From contig CAWDXG010000003.1 of NCBI GenBank assembly GCA_963806225.1, forward strand, positions 192,001 through 256,000: DNA of 64,000 nucleotides, written 5' to 3'. Below, in pieces: positions 38,293-51,485 of this stretch (position 1 is its first letter; each line of letters opens with the position of its first letter). Source of the DNA: an uncultured delta proteobacterium (GTDB lineage: Bacteria; Myxococcota_A; Polyangia; Polyangiales; Polyangiaceae). The notes under the pieces are model-generated. The model was not told the DNA's origin and made no database searches. It worked only from the letters and a program-made list of their open reading frames with translations. The position numbers and the translations under genes were made by a program.

Positions 38293-39512
38293 GCCGGCCG
38301 CGAGCGCTCCGGCGCGGGGGCCCGCGAAGGCACCACCAGATAGAACGCCGCGCCGCCCAGCCGATGCCCGTCGATCTGCTCGTCGGCCGGCGAGATCACG
38401 CGCACATCGCCGCCGTGACCGCGCGCCACGCCGCGCACGATCGCCAGCCCCACCCCGGTCCCGCCGTACGCCCGCGTCGGCGAGCCATCGGCCTGGAAGA
38501 AGGGGTCGAACAGCCGCGCCGCCTTGTCCGCCGAGACGCCGGGGCCCGTGTCCGCGACGCACACCTCGAAGTGTCCGGAGATGAGCAGCCGCACCCGCAC
38601 ACCCACCGCTCCGCCTGCGGGCGTGAACTTGGCGGCGTTGTCCAGCAGCTGATCCAGCGCCCGCCCCAGGCGATCCGGATCCCCCCAGCCGGACAGCGGT
38701 ACCGCCGGCAGCTCCGATACCAGGCTCACGTCGTGCTCGGCGAAACGGGCGGCGTTCCGCTGCAGCACGCTCTTCGTCAGGTCCAGCAGGTCGTAGTCGC
38801 GATGCATGAAGCGCATGCGCCCCGTCTCGAGACCCGTCACGTCGAGCAGGTTGTCGATGAGCCCCCTCAGCCGCTGCACGCAGTCGTCCATCGCCGCCAG
38901 CGACTTCTTCTGCGCCGCGGAGATCGGACCGAGCTCGCCGTCCGACAGAAGCCTGACGTAGCCGACGATCGGCGTCATCGGCGTCGCCAACTCGTGGGAG
39001 ATGTTCCGGTAGAACTCCTTGCGCGCGTGATCGAGCTCGCGCAGCTGCGCGTTCGCTGCGCTGAGCTCTGCGATCTTCTGCTCTAGATGGCCGACGATGC
39101 GCTGGCTCTGCAGCCTGAGGTGCTGGCCCGTCTGGTCTGGAGACGTGGTCTCGCGGCGCCCTCCGAGATAGCCCTCGACCGTGCTCGCGAACGAACGCGC
39201 ATCGATCGGCTTCTGCAGAAACCCGTCGCAACCCACCGCGAGGCTGGCGTCGCGGCTGCCCTCGGCGGTGATGGCGACGATCGGCACGCCGCGCATCTGC
39301 GCTTCAGAGCGCAGGCGCAGCGTGACCTCGTAGCCGTCGAGTCCCGGGATGGCGATGTCGACCAGCACCAGATCCGGCCGCTCGCTGCGTGCCTTGCGGA
39401 TCCCCTCGAGTCCGTCGACAGCGTCGATGACCTCGAAGCCCGCGGGCGCCAGCAGCTTCCGGACGAGCAGCCGATTGGCGGGGTCGTCCTCGATGTGAAG
39501 GATTCGGCGCAC
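38289..39512 (-). CDS. Hybrid response regulator-histidine kinase (REC-HisKA-HATPase)
   Basis: ILHIEDD...LVDIAIP...KP; SHELATPMT; NAAKFT, DTGPG, FDPFFQ, GTGVGL. Confidence 0.92.
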   Translation of the reverse strand: MRRILHIEDDPANRLLVRKLLAPAGFEVIDAVDGLEGIRKARSERPDLVLVDIAIPGLDGYEVTLRLRSEAQMRGVPIVAITAEGSRDASLAVGCDGFLQKPIDARSFASTVEGYLGGRRETTSPDQTGQHLRLQSQRIVGHLEQKIAELSAANAQLRELDHARKEFYRNISHELATPMTPIVGYVRLLSDGELGPISAAQKKSLAAMDDCVQRLRGLIDNLLDVTGLETGRMRFMHRDYDLLDLTKSVLQRNAARFAEHDVSLVSELPAVPLSGWGDPDRLGRALDQLLDNAAKFTPAGGAVGVRVRLLISGHFEVCVADTGPGVSADKAARLFDPFFQADGSPTRAYGGTGVGLAIVRGVARGHGGDVRVISPADEQIDGHRLGGAAFYLVVPSRAPAPERSRPA

Positions 39513-39630
39513 CTGGCAGCTATTTTTTCCTGCTTTGGGTCGCTCCGCAAGCACGCTGTCGCCCCGGGCGAGCGGGCAACAACGAAAAGCGCGCTTGAAT
39601 CCCGCGCCAGGAACGCCCTACGAAGAGGCA

Positions 39631-40164
39631 ATGAACGCACGATACCTCCTGCCGTTGGCGGGGCTCGTCGCCCTGACGGCCTGCGCCGCCCGGACCGCCG
39701 GTGGAGTACGGCTCGGTGAGGTCGGCGCAGGCCGTCAGGGCGACGCGAACACCGGCGCAGCGACCGCGGAGAATGCGCCGGCACCGGCGCCAACACCCGC
39801 TCCGGCTCCGGCTCCGGCCCCGCAGCCCCAGCCCGCGGCCGAGCAGTCGATCAGCGCGTCCCACATCCTGATCGCCTACAAGGGCGCGATGCGCGCCAAA
39901 CCGGACGTGACGCGCACCAAGATCCAGGCGAGGCAGCTCGCCACCCGGATCGACGCCCGCGCGAAGCAGGGGGAGGATTTCGCTACGCTGGCGAAGAAAT
40001 ACTCCGACGGGCCCAGCGGCCCGCGCGGCGGCGCGCTCGGCTCCTTCACCCGCGGGCGGATGGTCAAGCCGTTCTCCGATGCAGCGTTCGCCCTGAAGCC
40101 GGGCGGGGTCAGCGGGGTGGTCGAAACGCCGTTCGGGTTCCACATTATCAAGCGGACCCAATGA
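39631..40164 (+). CDS. Parvulin-type peptidyl-prolyl isomerase lipoprotein
   Basis: Lipobox LTAC; ASHILI, FATLAKKYSD, GGALG, MVKPFSDAAFAL, ETPFGFHIIK. Confidence 0.9.
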   Translation: MNARYLLPLAGLVALTACAARTAGGVRLGEVGAGRQGDANTGAATAENAPAPAPTPAPAPAPAPQPQPAAEQSISASHILIAYKGAMRAKPDVTRTKIQARQLATRIDARAKQGEDFATLAKKYSDGPSGPRGGALGSFTRGRMVKPFSDAAFALKPGGVSGVVETPFGFHIIKRTQ

Positions 40165-40177
40165 CCGTATCTACTTC

Positions 40178-40564
40178 GTGAGCGAAATCGAGCCTCCCCG
40201 CAAGCGCGTCATCATCGCCGAGGACGACCCGGCGATCGCGAGCCTGCTCGCACGCATGCTGCGGAACCTCTACGACGTCGTGATCGCCGAGGACGGGACG
40301 GGCGCGCTCGCCAAGGCCGGTACGCTCCCACCGCCGGACCTGCTGCTCCTCGACGTGATGATGCCGGGGCTCGACGGCTTCACGGTGGCGCAGCGCGTGC
40401 GGCTGCTGCCCGGGCTCGACAGAGTCCCGATCATCTTCATCACCGCCCGGGACGCTGCGCCGGACGTGATCAAGGGCATCCAGCTCGGCGCGCGCAACTA
40501 CATCACCAAGCCTTTCAAGCTCGACGACGTGCTCGACAAGGTGAAGAAGGTGCTGAGGCGCTAG
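40178..40564 (+). CDS. Single-domain response regulator
   Basis: IIAEDD, LLDVMMPGLDG, FITA, YITKPF. Confidence 0.92.
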   Translation: MSEIEPPRKRVIIAEDDPAIASLLARMLRNLYDVVIAEDGTGALAKAGTLPPPDLLLLDVMMPGLDGFTVAQRVRLLPGLDRVPIIFITARDAAPDVIKGIQLGARNYITKPFKLDDVLDKVKKVLRR

Positions 40565-40590
40565 GCGAGGTTGACGGGCGCGCCGGAAGG

Positions 40591-42372
40591 GTGGAAAGAC
40601 AGCGCGTGACCACAGGCGACCAAGACGCCCCCGCGCCTGGCGAAGACAGCGCTTCGAGCCCCTCGCCGCCGGAAAGCAAGCCGGAAGACACCGACAACCC
40701 GGACGCCGCGGACACGGTCACGGACACGGACACGGACACGGAAGCAAGAGCCTCCACCGAGTCCGCCATCGAGCAGCCCCTCGGCTTCAAGGACGAGGTG
40801 CACCAGCCGCTGCTCGGCGGCCGCGCCGCCTACGGCCTCGCGTTCGTGTCCGGCTTCCTCTACTTCGTCGCCTTTCCGGGCGTCGATGTGTGGCCGCTGT
40901 CGTTCGTGGCGCTCGCGCCGCTCGTCGTCGCGCTGCGTGGCCAACGCCCCCGCCGGGCTGCCGGGCTCGGCTGGCTCGCGGGCTTCACGATGACGATGTT
41001 CGGCTTCTACTGGCTGTTGCCGATGCTGGAGCACTTCAGCGGCTTTTCCGCGCCGCTGTGCCTGCTCTTCATGGCCATCCTGTGCGGCTACCAGGCGGGC
41101 CGCATCGGACTGATGGGCTGGCTGTACGCGCGCGCCGAGGGGCGCGGCTGGCCGCCGGGGCCCGTGTTCGCGCTGGCCTTCATCGCCAGCGAGCTGGTCT
41201 ATCCGCTGCTGTTCACCTGGTACTTCGGCGCGACCGTGCACCAGGTGCCGGCGCTGGTGCAGGTGGCGGAGCTGGGCGGCCCAATCGCCGTCGCGCTCCC
41301 ACTGGTCGCGGCGAATCTCGCCATCGCGGAGCTCTTCATCGCGCGGCTCGAGAAGCGGGGGGTACGCTGGAAGATCGCCGCCGCGCTCGCCTCGGTGCCC
41401 GTCCTGGCCGCCGTCTACGGTGCGATCCGCATCCCCATGGTCGACGCCGCCGTCGCGGCCGCGCCCAAGGCGCGCGTCGGCGTGGTGCAGGCCAACATGA
41501 GCCTGATGGCCAAGCGCGAGGACGCGTCCGAGGGCCTGCGCCGGCACATGGAGCTGACGCACGAGCTGGAGAAAGAGGGCAAGCTCGACCTCGTGGTGTG
41601 GAGCGAGACCTCGGTGATGCGCGCGGTCAACGAGAAGCTCGCGCCCGTGCTCTACCGCATGCAGTTCACCCAGCGCCTCGGTGTGCCCGCCATCTTCGGC
41701 GGCGTGCTGGTTCGCGAGGTCGACGACGCGCGGCGCTACGTGCTTTTCAACTCGGCCCTGGCCAGCGACAAGTCGGGGGACATCGTCGGACGCTACGACA
41801 AGCAGTTCCTGCTGGCGTTCGGCGAGTATCTGCCGTTCGGCAACGTCTTTCCCAAGCTGTACGAGTGGTCGCCGAACTCGGGGCGCTTCACTCCCGGAAA
41901 GAGCTTCAAGCCGCTGCCGGTCGACGGGCACGAAGCGGGCGTCTTCATCTGCTACGAGGACATCAGCCCCGAGTTCGTCGACAAGATCGTCGACGCCGGC
42001 GATCCGGATCTACTCGTCAACATGACCAACGACGCCTGGTTCGGCGACAGCACCGAACCGTGGATCCACCTCGCACTCGCCGAGTTCCGCGCCGTCGAAC
42101 ACCGCCGCTACCTGGTCCGCTCCACCAACAGTGGAGTGAGCGCGTTCGTCGACCCGGTCGGGCGCGTCGTGGCCCACACGCAGACCTTCAAGGAGCAGGC
42201 GCTCGCCCACCAGATCGCCTGGCTGAAGGCGACGACGCCCTACGAGCTGTACGGCGACCTGCCCTGGTGGCTCGCCACCGCGGTCATCGCGCTCGGCGCG
42301 TTCGTCCGCCGGCCGGGGCGGAAAGCCAAGGGCCGGCTAGCCGACCCGCAACCGGACACGACGAAAGCGTGA
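40591..42372 (+). CDS. lnt: Apolipoprotein N-acyltransferase
   Basis: TM region; VVQAN, VWSET, YDKQFLLAFGEYLP, FICYE, NMTNDAWFG, FRAVE, NSGVS. Confidence 0.93.
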   Translation: MERQRVTTGDQDAPAPGEDSASSPSPPESKPEDTDNPDAADTVTDTDTDTEARASTESAIEQPLGFKDEVHQPLLGGRAAYGLAFVSGFLYFVAFPGVDVWPLSFVALAPLVVALRGQRPRRAAGLGWLAGFTMTMFGFYWLLPMLEHFSGFSAPLCLLFMAILCGYQAGRIGLMGWLYARAEGRGWPPGPVFALAFIASELVYPLLFTWYFGATVHQVPALVQVAELGGPIAVALPLVAANLAIAELFIARLEKRGVRWKIAAALASVPVLAAVYGAIRIPMVDAAVAAAPKARVGVVQANMSLMAKREDASEGLRRHMELTHELEKEGKLDLVVWSETSVMRAVNEKLAPVLYRMQFTQRLGVPAIFGGVLVREVDDARRYVLFNSALASDKSGDIVGRYDKQFLLAFGEYLPFGNVFPKLYEWSPNSGRFTPGKSFKPLPVDGHEAGVFICYEDISPEFVDKIVDAGDPDLLVNMTNDAWFGDSTEPWIHLALAEFRAVEHRRYLVRSTNSGVSAFVDPVGRVVAHTQTFKEQALAHQIAWLKATTPYELYGDLPWWLATAVIALGAFVRRPGRKAKGRLADPQPDTTKA

Positions 42373-42632
42373 CGGCAGCCGAATAACGCCGGGCAACGCC
42401 CCGTCCATCCCTCGAACCGGCGGCACAGGCCGCGGGCGCGGATTGCTGGGCCATACCCGGGGAATTTCGCAATAGTCGACAACGTAGAAAATGGGCGGCA
42501 CTGCTGGCAGCTTGTGATGTCTGCCATCAGGCAAAGCGGGAGCGCTCTTGCCCGCCACGCAACTCCAGGTCAGAAGGTGAAGCTAGCTCAGTGCTTCTTG
42601 GGTTGTCAGGGGCACCAAAGGGAGAACCGACG

Positions 42633-43163
42633 ATGAAGATGAATGCTTGGATGAAGGTCGGAGCAATTGGCTTTGCGGCTTCGCTGTTCGCGGCGGGCTG
42701 CGTAGTGACCAGCACCACGGATAACGGTGACGGCGGATCCTTCGGTGGGTCCGGCGGCAGCACGGGCGGCAGCGGCGGCAGCACGGGCGGCACGGCCGGC
42801 ACCGGCGGCAGCGCGGGCGGCACGGCCGGCACCGGCGGCAGCACGGGCGGCACGGGCGGCGCCATCACCTGCAACCCGCAGGACCCGCAGAACAGCAAGT
42901 GCGACACCTGCATGCAGACCACCTGCTGCAACGAGTGGGAAGCCTGCCAGAACGACGCCACCTGCCGCACCGAGTTCGGTTGCATCAAGCAGTGCGTCGA
43001 CGCACAGCTCGCTTCCGATGGCGGCACGCCGGACGTGGCCAGCTGCGCCGGTCAGTGCGCCCAGGGCAGCGTCATCGTCCAGCAGACGAATGACCTCGTG
43101 GCCTGCGTGAAGAACACCGAGGCCGGCAGCAGCTGCGACTTCGACTGCTTCGGCGGCGGCTGA
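42633..43163 (+). CDS. Gly-rich, Cys-rich lipoprotein
   Basis: GGAG RBS; lipobox AAGC; GGSTGG linker; CDTCMQTTCC..CQNDATC..CIKQC domain. Confidence 0.7.
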   Translation: MKMNAWMKVGAIGFAASLFAAGCVVTSTTDNGDGGSFGGSGGSTGGSGGSTGGTAGTGGSAGGTAGTGGSTGGTGGAITCNPQDPQNSKCDTCMQTTCCNEWEACQNDATCRTEFGCIKQCVDAQLASDGGTPDVASCAGQCAQGSVIVQQTNDLVACVKNTEAGSSCDFDCFGGG

Positions 43164-43193
43164 GTCCAGCTCCACACACCCGCATAACCGTAA

Positions 43194-43229
43194 CGCCCGG
43201 GCGGCCTAGCCGTCCGGGCGTACGTTTGT
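43194..43229 (+). terminator. Probable intrinsic terminator hairpin between convergent genes
   Basis: CGCCCGGGCGGC-CTA-GCCGTCCGGGCG followed by TACGTTTGT. Confidence 0.5.
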
Positions 43230-43298
43230 CCGCGAACCAGCCGCGTAGACCGCCGGCGGCGCGACGCCGCTCGCGCTCCGCCGACCGGCGCGGCCCAG

Positions 43299-43949
43299 CT
43301 ACAGCCCGAGCGCCTTCTTGAAGCGCTTGGCATCCGCGAACATGTCCACATTCGCGAAGATGTACGTCGCTTCCTGATCCGGCGCCTCGCCAGCGATCTC
43401 GGCGAGCCGCTCGATGGCCGGATCCTCGTAGCGCGACTTGCGCCCCGCCGGCCCGGGCATGCGGTAGTACGCGGCCGGACGCTTCGACAAGCCGTGCTGC
43501 AGCGGATCGCGCGACGCGAGCGAATCCGTCTCCTCGGCGATGGAATCGGCGTCGTCCGGATCCCAGGGCGCGCCCACCTCGAACACGACGCGGTCGAACT
43601 GCTTTTTCACCATCTTCAGGAAATCACGCAACGCCGTGCGGTTCGCGCGCGACGCCGGGAAATCGGTCGGCGCGAGGAACACGGCTGTCTTCGCGTCCAG
43701 CTCCGCCGCCACTTCGCCCAGGCCCTTCAGCGCCGTCTCGATGACCTTTCCCTCGCGGAAGCCCTCCTGGCCCACCTCGCGGGGACCGAGCAGCGCGAAC
43801 TCGAAACCCTCCGGCGCCTCGCGACGCCAGCGCCGGATGGTGCCGGGCCCCGGGACGGCCAGGTGGGTCTCCTGTACCTCGACGAACAGGTACTCCTTGA
43901 AGTACCGCGTCGCCGGAACGGCAAAACCCGCACATCCGACCGTGATCAT
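43299..43949 (-). CDS. DUF72-domain protein
   Basis: MITVGCAGF, FVEVQET, TIRRWRREAPEGFEF, YYRMPG, YIFAN. Confidence 0.75.
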   Translation of the reverse strand: MITVGCAGFAVPATRYFKEYLFVEVQETHLAVPGPGTIRRWRREAPEGFEFALLGPREVGQEGFREGKVIETALKGLGEVAAELDAKTAVFLAPTDFPASRANRTALRDFLKMVKKQFDRVVFEVGAPWDPDDADSIAEETDSLASRDPLQHGLSKRPAAYYRMPGPAGRKSRYEDPAIERLAEIAGEAPDQEATYIFANVDMFADAKRFKKALGL

Positions 43950-44040
43950 GGCCGCGCAACCGTAACACACGCCCGCACGACCCGCAGGTTGCTATCCGGG
44001 TTTTTCGCGGGAGCATCCGGACTCGTCATCCCGCTCGCCG

Positions 44041-44574
44041 TCACATCGGCTCGACGCCTGGCTCCGGCTCTCCGAGCACCTGCCGCGCCAGCGCGGTGCC
44101 CAACCGCCGCGCCGCCGCCCGCACGGCCTCGTCGTTCCGCACCGCCTCCACGCGCGGGTCGCTCTGGCTCGCGTAGCGCTCCACCCGACGCAGATCCCCG
44201 GTGTCCCGACTCGGAGCGGAACCAGGACCCTGCTCCACCCACGCCCGCGCCACGACGCCCACCGACGAACCGCGCGCCAGCGGCAGAGTCGTCCCCGCGG
44301 CCGGCGTCGCGCCGATCCCACTCGCCAGCTCGTCCACCCGCAGCAGCTCCACGCGCAGCTTCGGATACCCCTGCCCCTTCGCCAGCACGCCGGCCCGCGA
44401 CAGCTCCGCCCGCGCGCCGGCGAGCAGCGCCGAAAGCGCCTGGGCACTAGGCGCCTTGGCCGGTGCCGCCTCCACGCTCAGGCGCTCCGTCGGCCGCTGC
44501 CCGCCGTACTCCGCATGATATCCACAGCCCCCAAATAGCGCCGCTGCCAGCACAAACAGCGCCAGCGGTTTCAC
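44041..44574 (-). CDS. LptE-like lipoprotein
   Basis: GTG 44574; lipobox FGGC followed by GYH; about 177 aa; co-oriented downstream of leuS. Confidence 0.5.
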   Translation of the reverse strand: MKPLALFVLAAALFGGCGYHAEYGGQRPTERLSVEAAPAKAPSAQALSALLAGARAELSRAGVLAKGQGYPKLRVELLRVDELASGIGATPAAGTTLPLARGSSVGVVARAWVEQGPGSAPSRDTGDLRRVERYASQSDPRVEAVRNDEAVRAAARRLGTALARQVLGEPEPGVEPM

Positions 44575-45070
44575 GGGAAACAACAATCTTTCCACAGCCG
44601 ACCTTATGTTCACCTGGCGCGCGCGACCACTGGACATCGGCGTGGGGATCATAGCGCGTGCGCGCCTGCGACGAACACCCGACGCAGGTACGCGCCACAG
44701 CCGCCTCCAGCCCAGCACGAGCCGTCCCGACCCTCAAGCGCGCCAGGGCGCTCATCTCCGCGACCGCAGCCGTTTCCAGTGTTGTGGCCGGTCACGAACG
44801 TGAGGAGCAGCGCCTCGCCGCGCTGCCAGGTCCTCTCGATCTCCTCAGCGCGGCGCGGGCCGGGGTGGAATACCCGGCTTTCGGTGCAGATCTCTGAAGC
44901 GGTTGGTCGCAACGGTCCGCGCTGGATACGGCGCCGCAGCGAGTCGCCGAATGGAACCTGGTGCGCCCGCCGATGCATGGGCTCAAGGAAATCCCTATAG
45001 CCGAGGGTGGCTGTATTTGCGGAATATGGCAAACATGACACTTCCAACACCTACGTACCGAAAACACACA

Positions 45071-45970
45071 ATGGTACAGCTTGTGAGAGCCCTCGGTGTA
45101 GGGGCGTTCCTGGCTGTCTCGACCGTTGCGAGCACCGGAGCGGCGCAAAGCTGCCCTCCGGACTACCCGCAGCTTTGCGGAACCGGCTGCGCGCCCGCCG
45201 GTGCCGAGTGCTGCGCAAATGGCAAATACTGCCCCTCCGGGAGCTACTGCAACAGTTCAGGTGGCTGCACGTCGAACAGTGGTTCCGGCGGCAGTGGTGG
45301 CGGCGGCGGCGGCAGTGGGACCTGCCCCTCCAGTCATCCGGTCGACTGCGGTAACGGGTATTGTTGCGACTCGTCGCATCCCTACTGCTGCAGCAACGGG
45401 ACCTGTTCGAGCACAAGCTCGTGCAGCGGCGGCGGCGGCGGTGGTGGCGGTGGCGGTGGCGGTTACGGTGGCGGCAGTGGGACCTGCCCCTCCAGCCATC
45501 CGGTCGACTGCGGCAACGGGTATTGTTGCGACTCGTCGCATCCCTACTGTTGCAGCAACGGGACCTGTTCGAGCACAAGCTCGTGCAACGGCGGCGGCGG
45601 CGGTGGTGGCGGTTATGGCGGCGGTACCTCGACCTCCGGGGGCTACACGTGTTCGTCCACAAATGTCCAGAATGCAAATTGCAGCTACATCAAGTACTGC
45701 ATCGCCAATGACGCGTCCTCGAGTTACTACGAGGCCGATGGTCATCGGTTCCACTGCACCAACCCGCAGGATGTCTCCGGATGTGCCCAGAACACGGTTG
45801 ACTACTGTTCCAGCACGAGCGGCTCGTCGTATAACGACCCGAATACCAGTAGCGGCTGTGCAGTGACCGAGGGTTCGCCTGGTGTCCCGGGCGGGCTGTC
45901 CTTGGCCGCGCTCCTTGCTGTGGGGCTCCTGGTCGAACGGCGACGGCGGGGAACAGCAAATAGAGAATGA
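45071..45970 (+). CDS. Secreted Cys-rich protein with internal duplication and MYXO-CTERM-like sorting tail
   Basis: Signal peptide; SGTCPSSHPVDCGNGYCCDSSHPYCCSNGTCSSTSSC twice (162-bp period); ends SSGCAV...LAALLAVGLLVERRRR. Confidence 0.75.
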   Translation: MVQLVRALGVGAFLAVSTVASTGAAQSCPPDYPQLCGTGCAPAGAECCANGKYCPSGSYCNSSGGCTSNSGSGGSGGGGGGSGTCPSSHPVDCGNGYCCDSSHPYCCSNGTCSSTSSCSGGGGGGGGGGGGYGGGSGTCPSSHPVDCGNGYCCDSSHPYCCSNGTCSSTSSCNGGGGGGGGYGGGTSTSGGYTCSSTNVQNANCSYIKYCIANDASSSYYEADGHRFHCTNPQDVSGCAQNTVDYCSSTSGSSYNDPNTSSGCAVTEGSPGVPGGLSLAALLAVGLLVERRRRGTANRE

Positions 45971-46182
45971 GCGACCCTTGCATCCGGTCGATGCGAGCAT
46001 TGCGCAGCGGCCGGAGCTCGGGAAGTCGGGTCACGCACGGGCGCGCCCGAAGGGCGCAGTGAACCCGATTGGACGAAGTCCAGCTGTGCCGGACCGAGTC
46101 CCGGGGGGGACCACGGTCCGCGCGAGGCTTGCAGTGAGCACGGCGGCGCGCTCGGCCGCCCCCACGCTGGGGAGCACCCCTG

Positions 46183-48838
<2,656 letters not shown>

Positions 48839-48916
48839 GAGCCGCTTTCCTTAGCAAATCCGCCGCGCGCTCCCCCACCCTCCACGCACTTCGGCGTCGG
48901 CTGACCCCGGCCCTGC

Positions 48917-49053
48917 GCGGGCGGCGCGGGCGGCGCGGGCGGCGCGGGCGGCGCGGGCGGCGCGGGCGGCGCGGGCGGCGCGGGCGGCGCGGGCGGCGCG
49001 GGCGGGCGGCGGGCGGCGCGGGCGGCGCGGGCGGCGCGGGCGGCGCGGGCGGC
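48917..49053. repeat. About 15 x 9-bp GC-only microsatellite
   Basis: (GCGGGCGGC)n with one internal disruption, about 80 bp upstream of the leuS start. Confidence 0.9.
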
Positions 49054-49249
49054 GGTTCCCCCTGAGCGCGCGGATGCGCGCGATTTGGGGGAACCCCGCG
49101 CCAGAGGCGCGGGCGGGCAGTGGACGTGCCGAGCGAGGGGGCAACGCGCCATCTCCCATGTCGGCGTTGACGGGCGTTGCAGCGCGCGGGGCGGCGCGGG
49201 GCGAGGTGTGCGGGGGCGCGGGGAGGCGCGCGTGGAGGCGCGGGGCGAG

Positions 49250-49318
49250 GCGCGCTGGGCGGCGGGGCGCGCTGGGCGGCGGGGCGCGCTGGGCGGCGGG
49301 GCGCGCTGGGCGGGGCGC
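49250..49318. repeat. About 4 x 17-bp G-rich repeat
   Basis: (GCGCGCTGGGCGGCGGG)n. Confidence 0.85.
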
Positions 49319-49439
49319 ATGGATTATGTCAACTCAAGTGCGGCGCTCGAAGGCGAGCAGCCGAGATCGCGTGCCCGCTTCCCGCTTCCCACGCCGACCC
49401 GAGCGAAGTGCGCCGCACGGATTGCCCATCCGACGACGG

Positions 49440-50186
49440 GCATTTCCGCGCTCCCGGACGCCCCACGCCAACAAAATGCACGCCCCACGCGCATTTCCGC
49501 GCTCTCCCGGACGCCCCACGCCAACAAAATGCACGCCCCACGCGCATTTCCGCTCTCCCGGACGCCCCACGCCGACAAAATGCACGCCCCACGCGCATTT
49601 CCGCTCTCCCGGACGCCCCACGCCGACAAAATGCACGCCCCACGCGCATTTCCGCCGCTCTCCGGACGCCCCACGCCGAACGAAATCGCACGCCCCACGC
49701 GCATTTCCGCTCTCCCGGACGCCCCACGCCAACAAAATGCACGCCCCACGCGCATTTCCGCGCTCCCGGACGCCCCACGCCGACAAAATGCACGCCCCAC
49801 GCGCATTTCCGCGCTCCGGACGCCCCACGCCGACAAAATGCACGCCACGCGCATTTCCGCTCTCCCGGACGCCCCACGCCGACAAAATGCACGCCCCACG
49901 CGCATTTCCGCGCTCTCCGGACGCCCCACGCCGACAAAATGCACGCCCCACGCGCATTTCCGCCCTCCCGGACGCCCCACGCCAACAAAATGCACGCCCC
50001 ACGCGCATTTCCGCCCTCCCGGACGCCACACGCCAACAAAATGCACGCCCCACGCGCATTTCCGCTCTCCCGGACGCCCCACGCCGACAAAATGCACGCC
50101 CCACGCGCATTTCCGCTCTCCCGGACGCCCCACGCCGACAAAATGCACGCCCCACGCGCATTTCCGCTCTCCCGGACGCCCCACGC
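49440..50186. repeat. Tandem array B: 14 full plus a partial copy of a 51-bp unit with hairpin core
   Basis: Unit CGCCCCACGCC(G/A)ACAAAATGCACGCCCCACGCGCATTTCCGCTCTCCCGGA; ACAAAATG anchors at 49471, 49524, 49575 ... 50138. Confidence 0.97.
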
Positions 50187-50210
50187 GCCGGACGCTTCAC
50201 GGCGGCATGC

Positions 50211-51485
50211 CTACGTGCCGCGCTTCTTCTCCGCCCGCGCGATCTTCCGCTCCAGCCGCGCCTTCCGCCGCGCGGTCGCTTCGTCGCTCTCCCCCGTCCC
50301 CCGCAGCACGACCTCCAGCGCCTTGAGCGGCTCCTTGACGTGGTGCTCGTAGAGCTTGCCGAGCTCGAGCCGCACGCGCGGATCGTCGAGCTCGGCGCTG
50401 AGCGCCTCGAAGTCGCTGAGCGCGCGGGCGCGATCGCCCCGCGCCTTGGCGATCTCGCCGCGCACGCGCAGGGCTTCGCTGCCCGCGCCGCGCTCCACCG
50501 CTGCGTGCGCCGCCTGGTCCGCGTCCGCCAGCGCTCCGGCGCGCTTGTAGGTCCGCGCAAGCCCGACCAAATCCAACTCGTGCAACGTGGACAGCGGCTC
50601 GCCGTAGAGCCCGACGAGCGCGGCCATGCTCACCACATCCCAGGCGTTGTGCTCGACCACGGCCGACAGCGCGCGCTCGTCGCCGCTGCGGAGGAAGTGC
50701 GCATAGCGCGGCGCGACGTCGGCTCCGGCGATGTCGTCGCCGCGTTCGAAGCCAAGCACTTCGCTCTCCAGCGTGGTCAGCTTGCACGCGCCGAGCCGCG
50801 CCTTGTGCAACCGCCGCCCGACGTGCAAGAGGTCGAGATGCGGCCGCGCTGGCAGCGCCGGCAGGTGGTTCATGACGTAGCGCCCGGCGAGCAGCGGCAT
50901 GTCGAACGCCTTGCCGTTGTACGTGACGAGCACGCTCGCTGTGGCAATCCGCTCCCTCAAGAGCGCGAGCATGGCTTCCTCTTCCGCCGGCGTGCGCAAG
51001 AGCAGCTGCTCCATCACGAGCCGCCCGTCGTCGTCGAACCACGACATTCCCACCAGGAACGCGACGATGCCCGCTCCGCCGCCGAGCCCGGTCGTCTCCG
51101 TATCCAGGTAAAGCGCGCGCCTTGGATCCACCTCGGCCAGCGACGGATCGAGGGCCAGCAGCGCGAGCACCGACGCCTCGGCCGCGTACGCCGCGTCGAC
51201 CGGCATGCGCCCCACGTGATGCGACGGAAGCAGCCGCTCGAGCCGCTGGTACACGGCCCCTTCCGGGCGCTCGACCCGCGCGAAGGGCAGCTCGGTCAGC
51301 GACGGATCGGCCGGCATGCGTCCGGCGGGTGGCTCGCGGCCCAGGATTTCCGCCATGCGCTCGCGCAGCGAGTCGAGCGTCCGGGCGCGCTTGCCGTCGG
51401 GCACGCCGCTCGCGTCGGCCTCCGCAGCCGCTTCGTGGCGACCGATCGGTGGACCCAGGCGTCCGAGCTTGTCCTTCAGGCCCAC
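50211..51485 (-). CDS. YprB/MrfB-like DEDDh exonuclease (RNase H-like) with C-terminal TPR
   Basis: YLDTETTGL, TYNGKAFD, HLDLLH, EHNAWDV, followed by TPR-like helices (LGKLYEHHVK). Confidence 0.85.
   Translation of the reverse strand: MGLKDKLGRLGPPIGRHEAAAEADASGVPDGKRARTLDSLRERMAEILGREPPAGRMPADPSLTELPFARVERPEGAVYQRLERLLPSHHVGRMPVDAAYAAEASVLALLALDPSLAEVDPRRALYLDTETTGLGGGAGIVAFLVGMSWFDDDGRLVMEQLLLRTPAEEEAMLALLRERIATASVLVTYNGKAFDMPLLAGRYVMNHLPALPARPHLDLLHVGRRLHKARLGACKLTTLESEVLGFERGDDIAGADVAPRYAHFLRSGDERALSAVVEHNAWDVVSMAALVGLYGEPLSTLHELDLVGLARTYKRAGALADADQAAHAAVERGAGSEALRVRGEIAKARGDRARALSDFEALSAELDDPRVRLELGKLYEHHVKEPLKALEVVLRGTGESDEATARRKARLERKIARAEKKRGT

Noticed and set aside
44518..44597. DnaA-box-like 9-mers (ATATCCACA, CTTTCCACA)
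   Set aside because: Both are mismatched, one lies in a coding region, and there is no box cluster, unwinding element or dnaA context.
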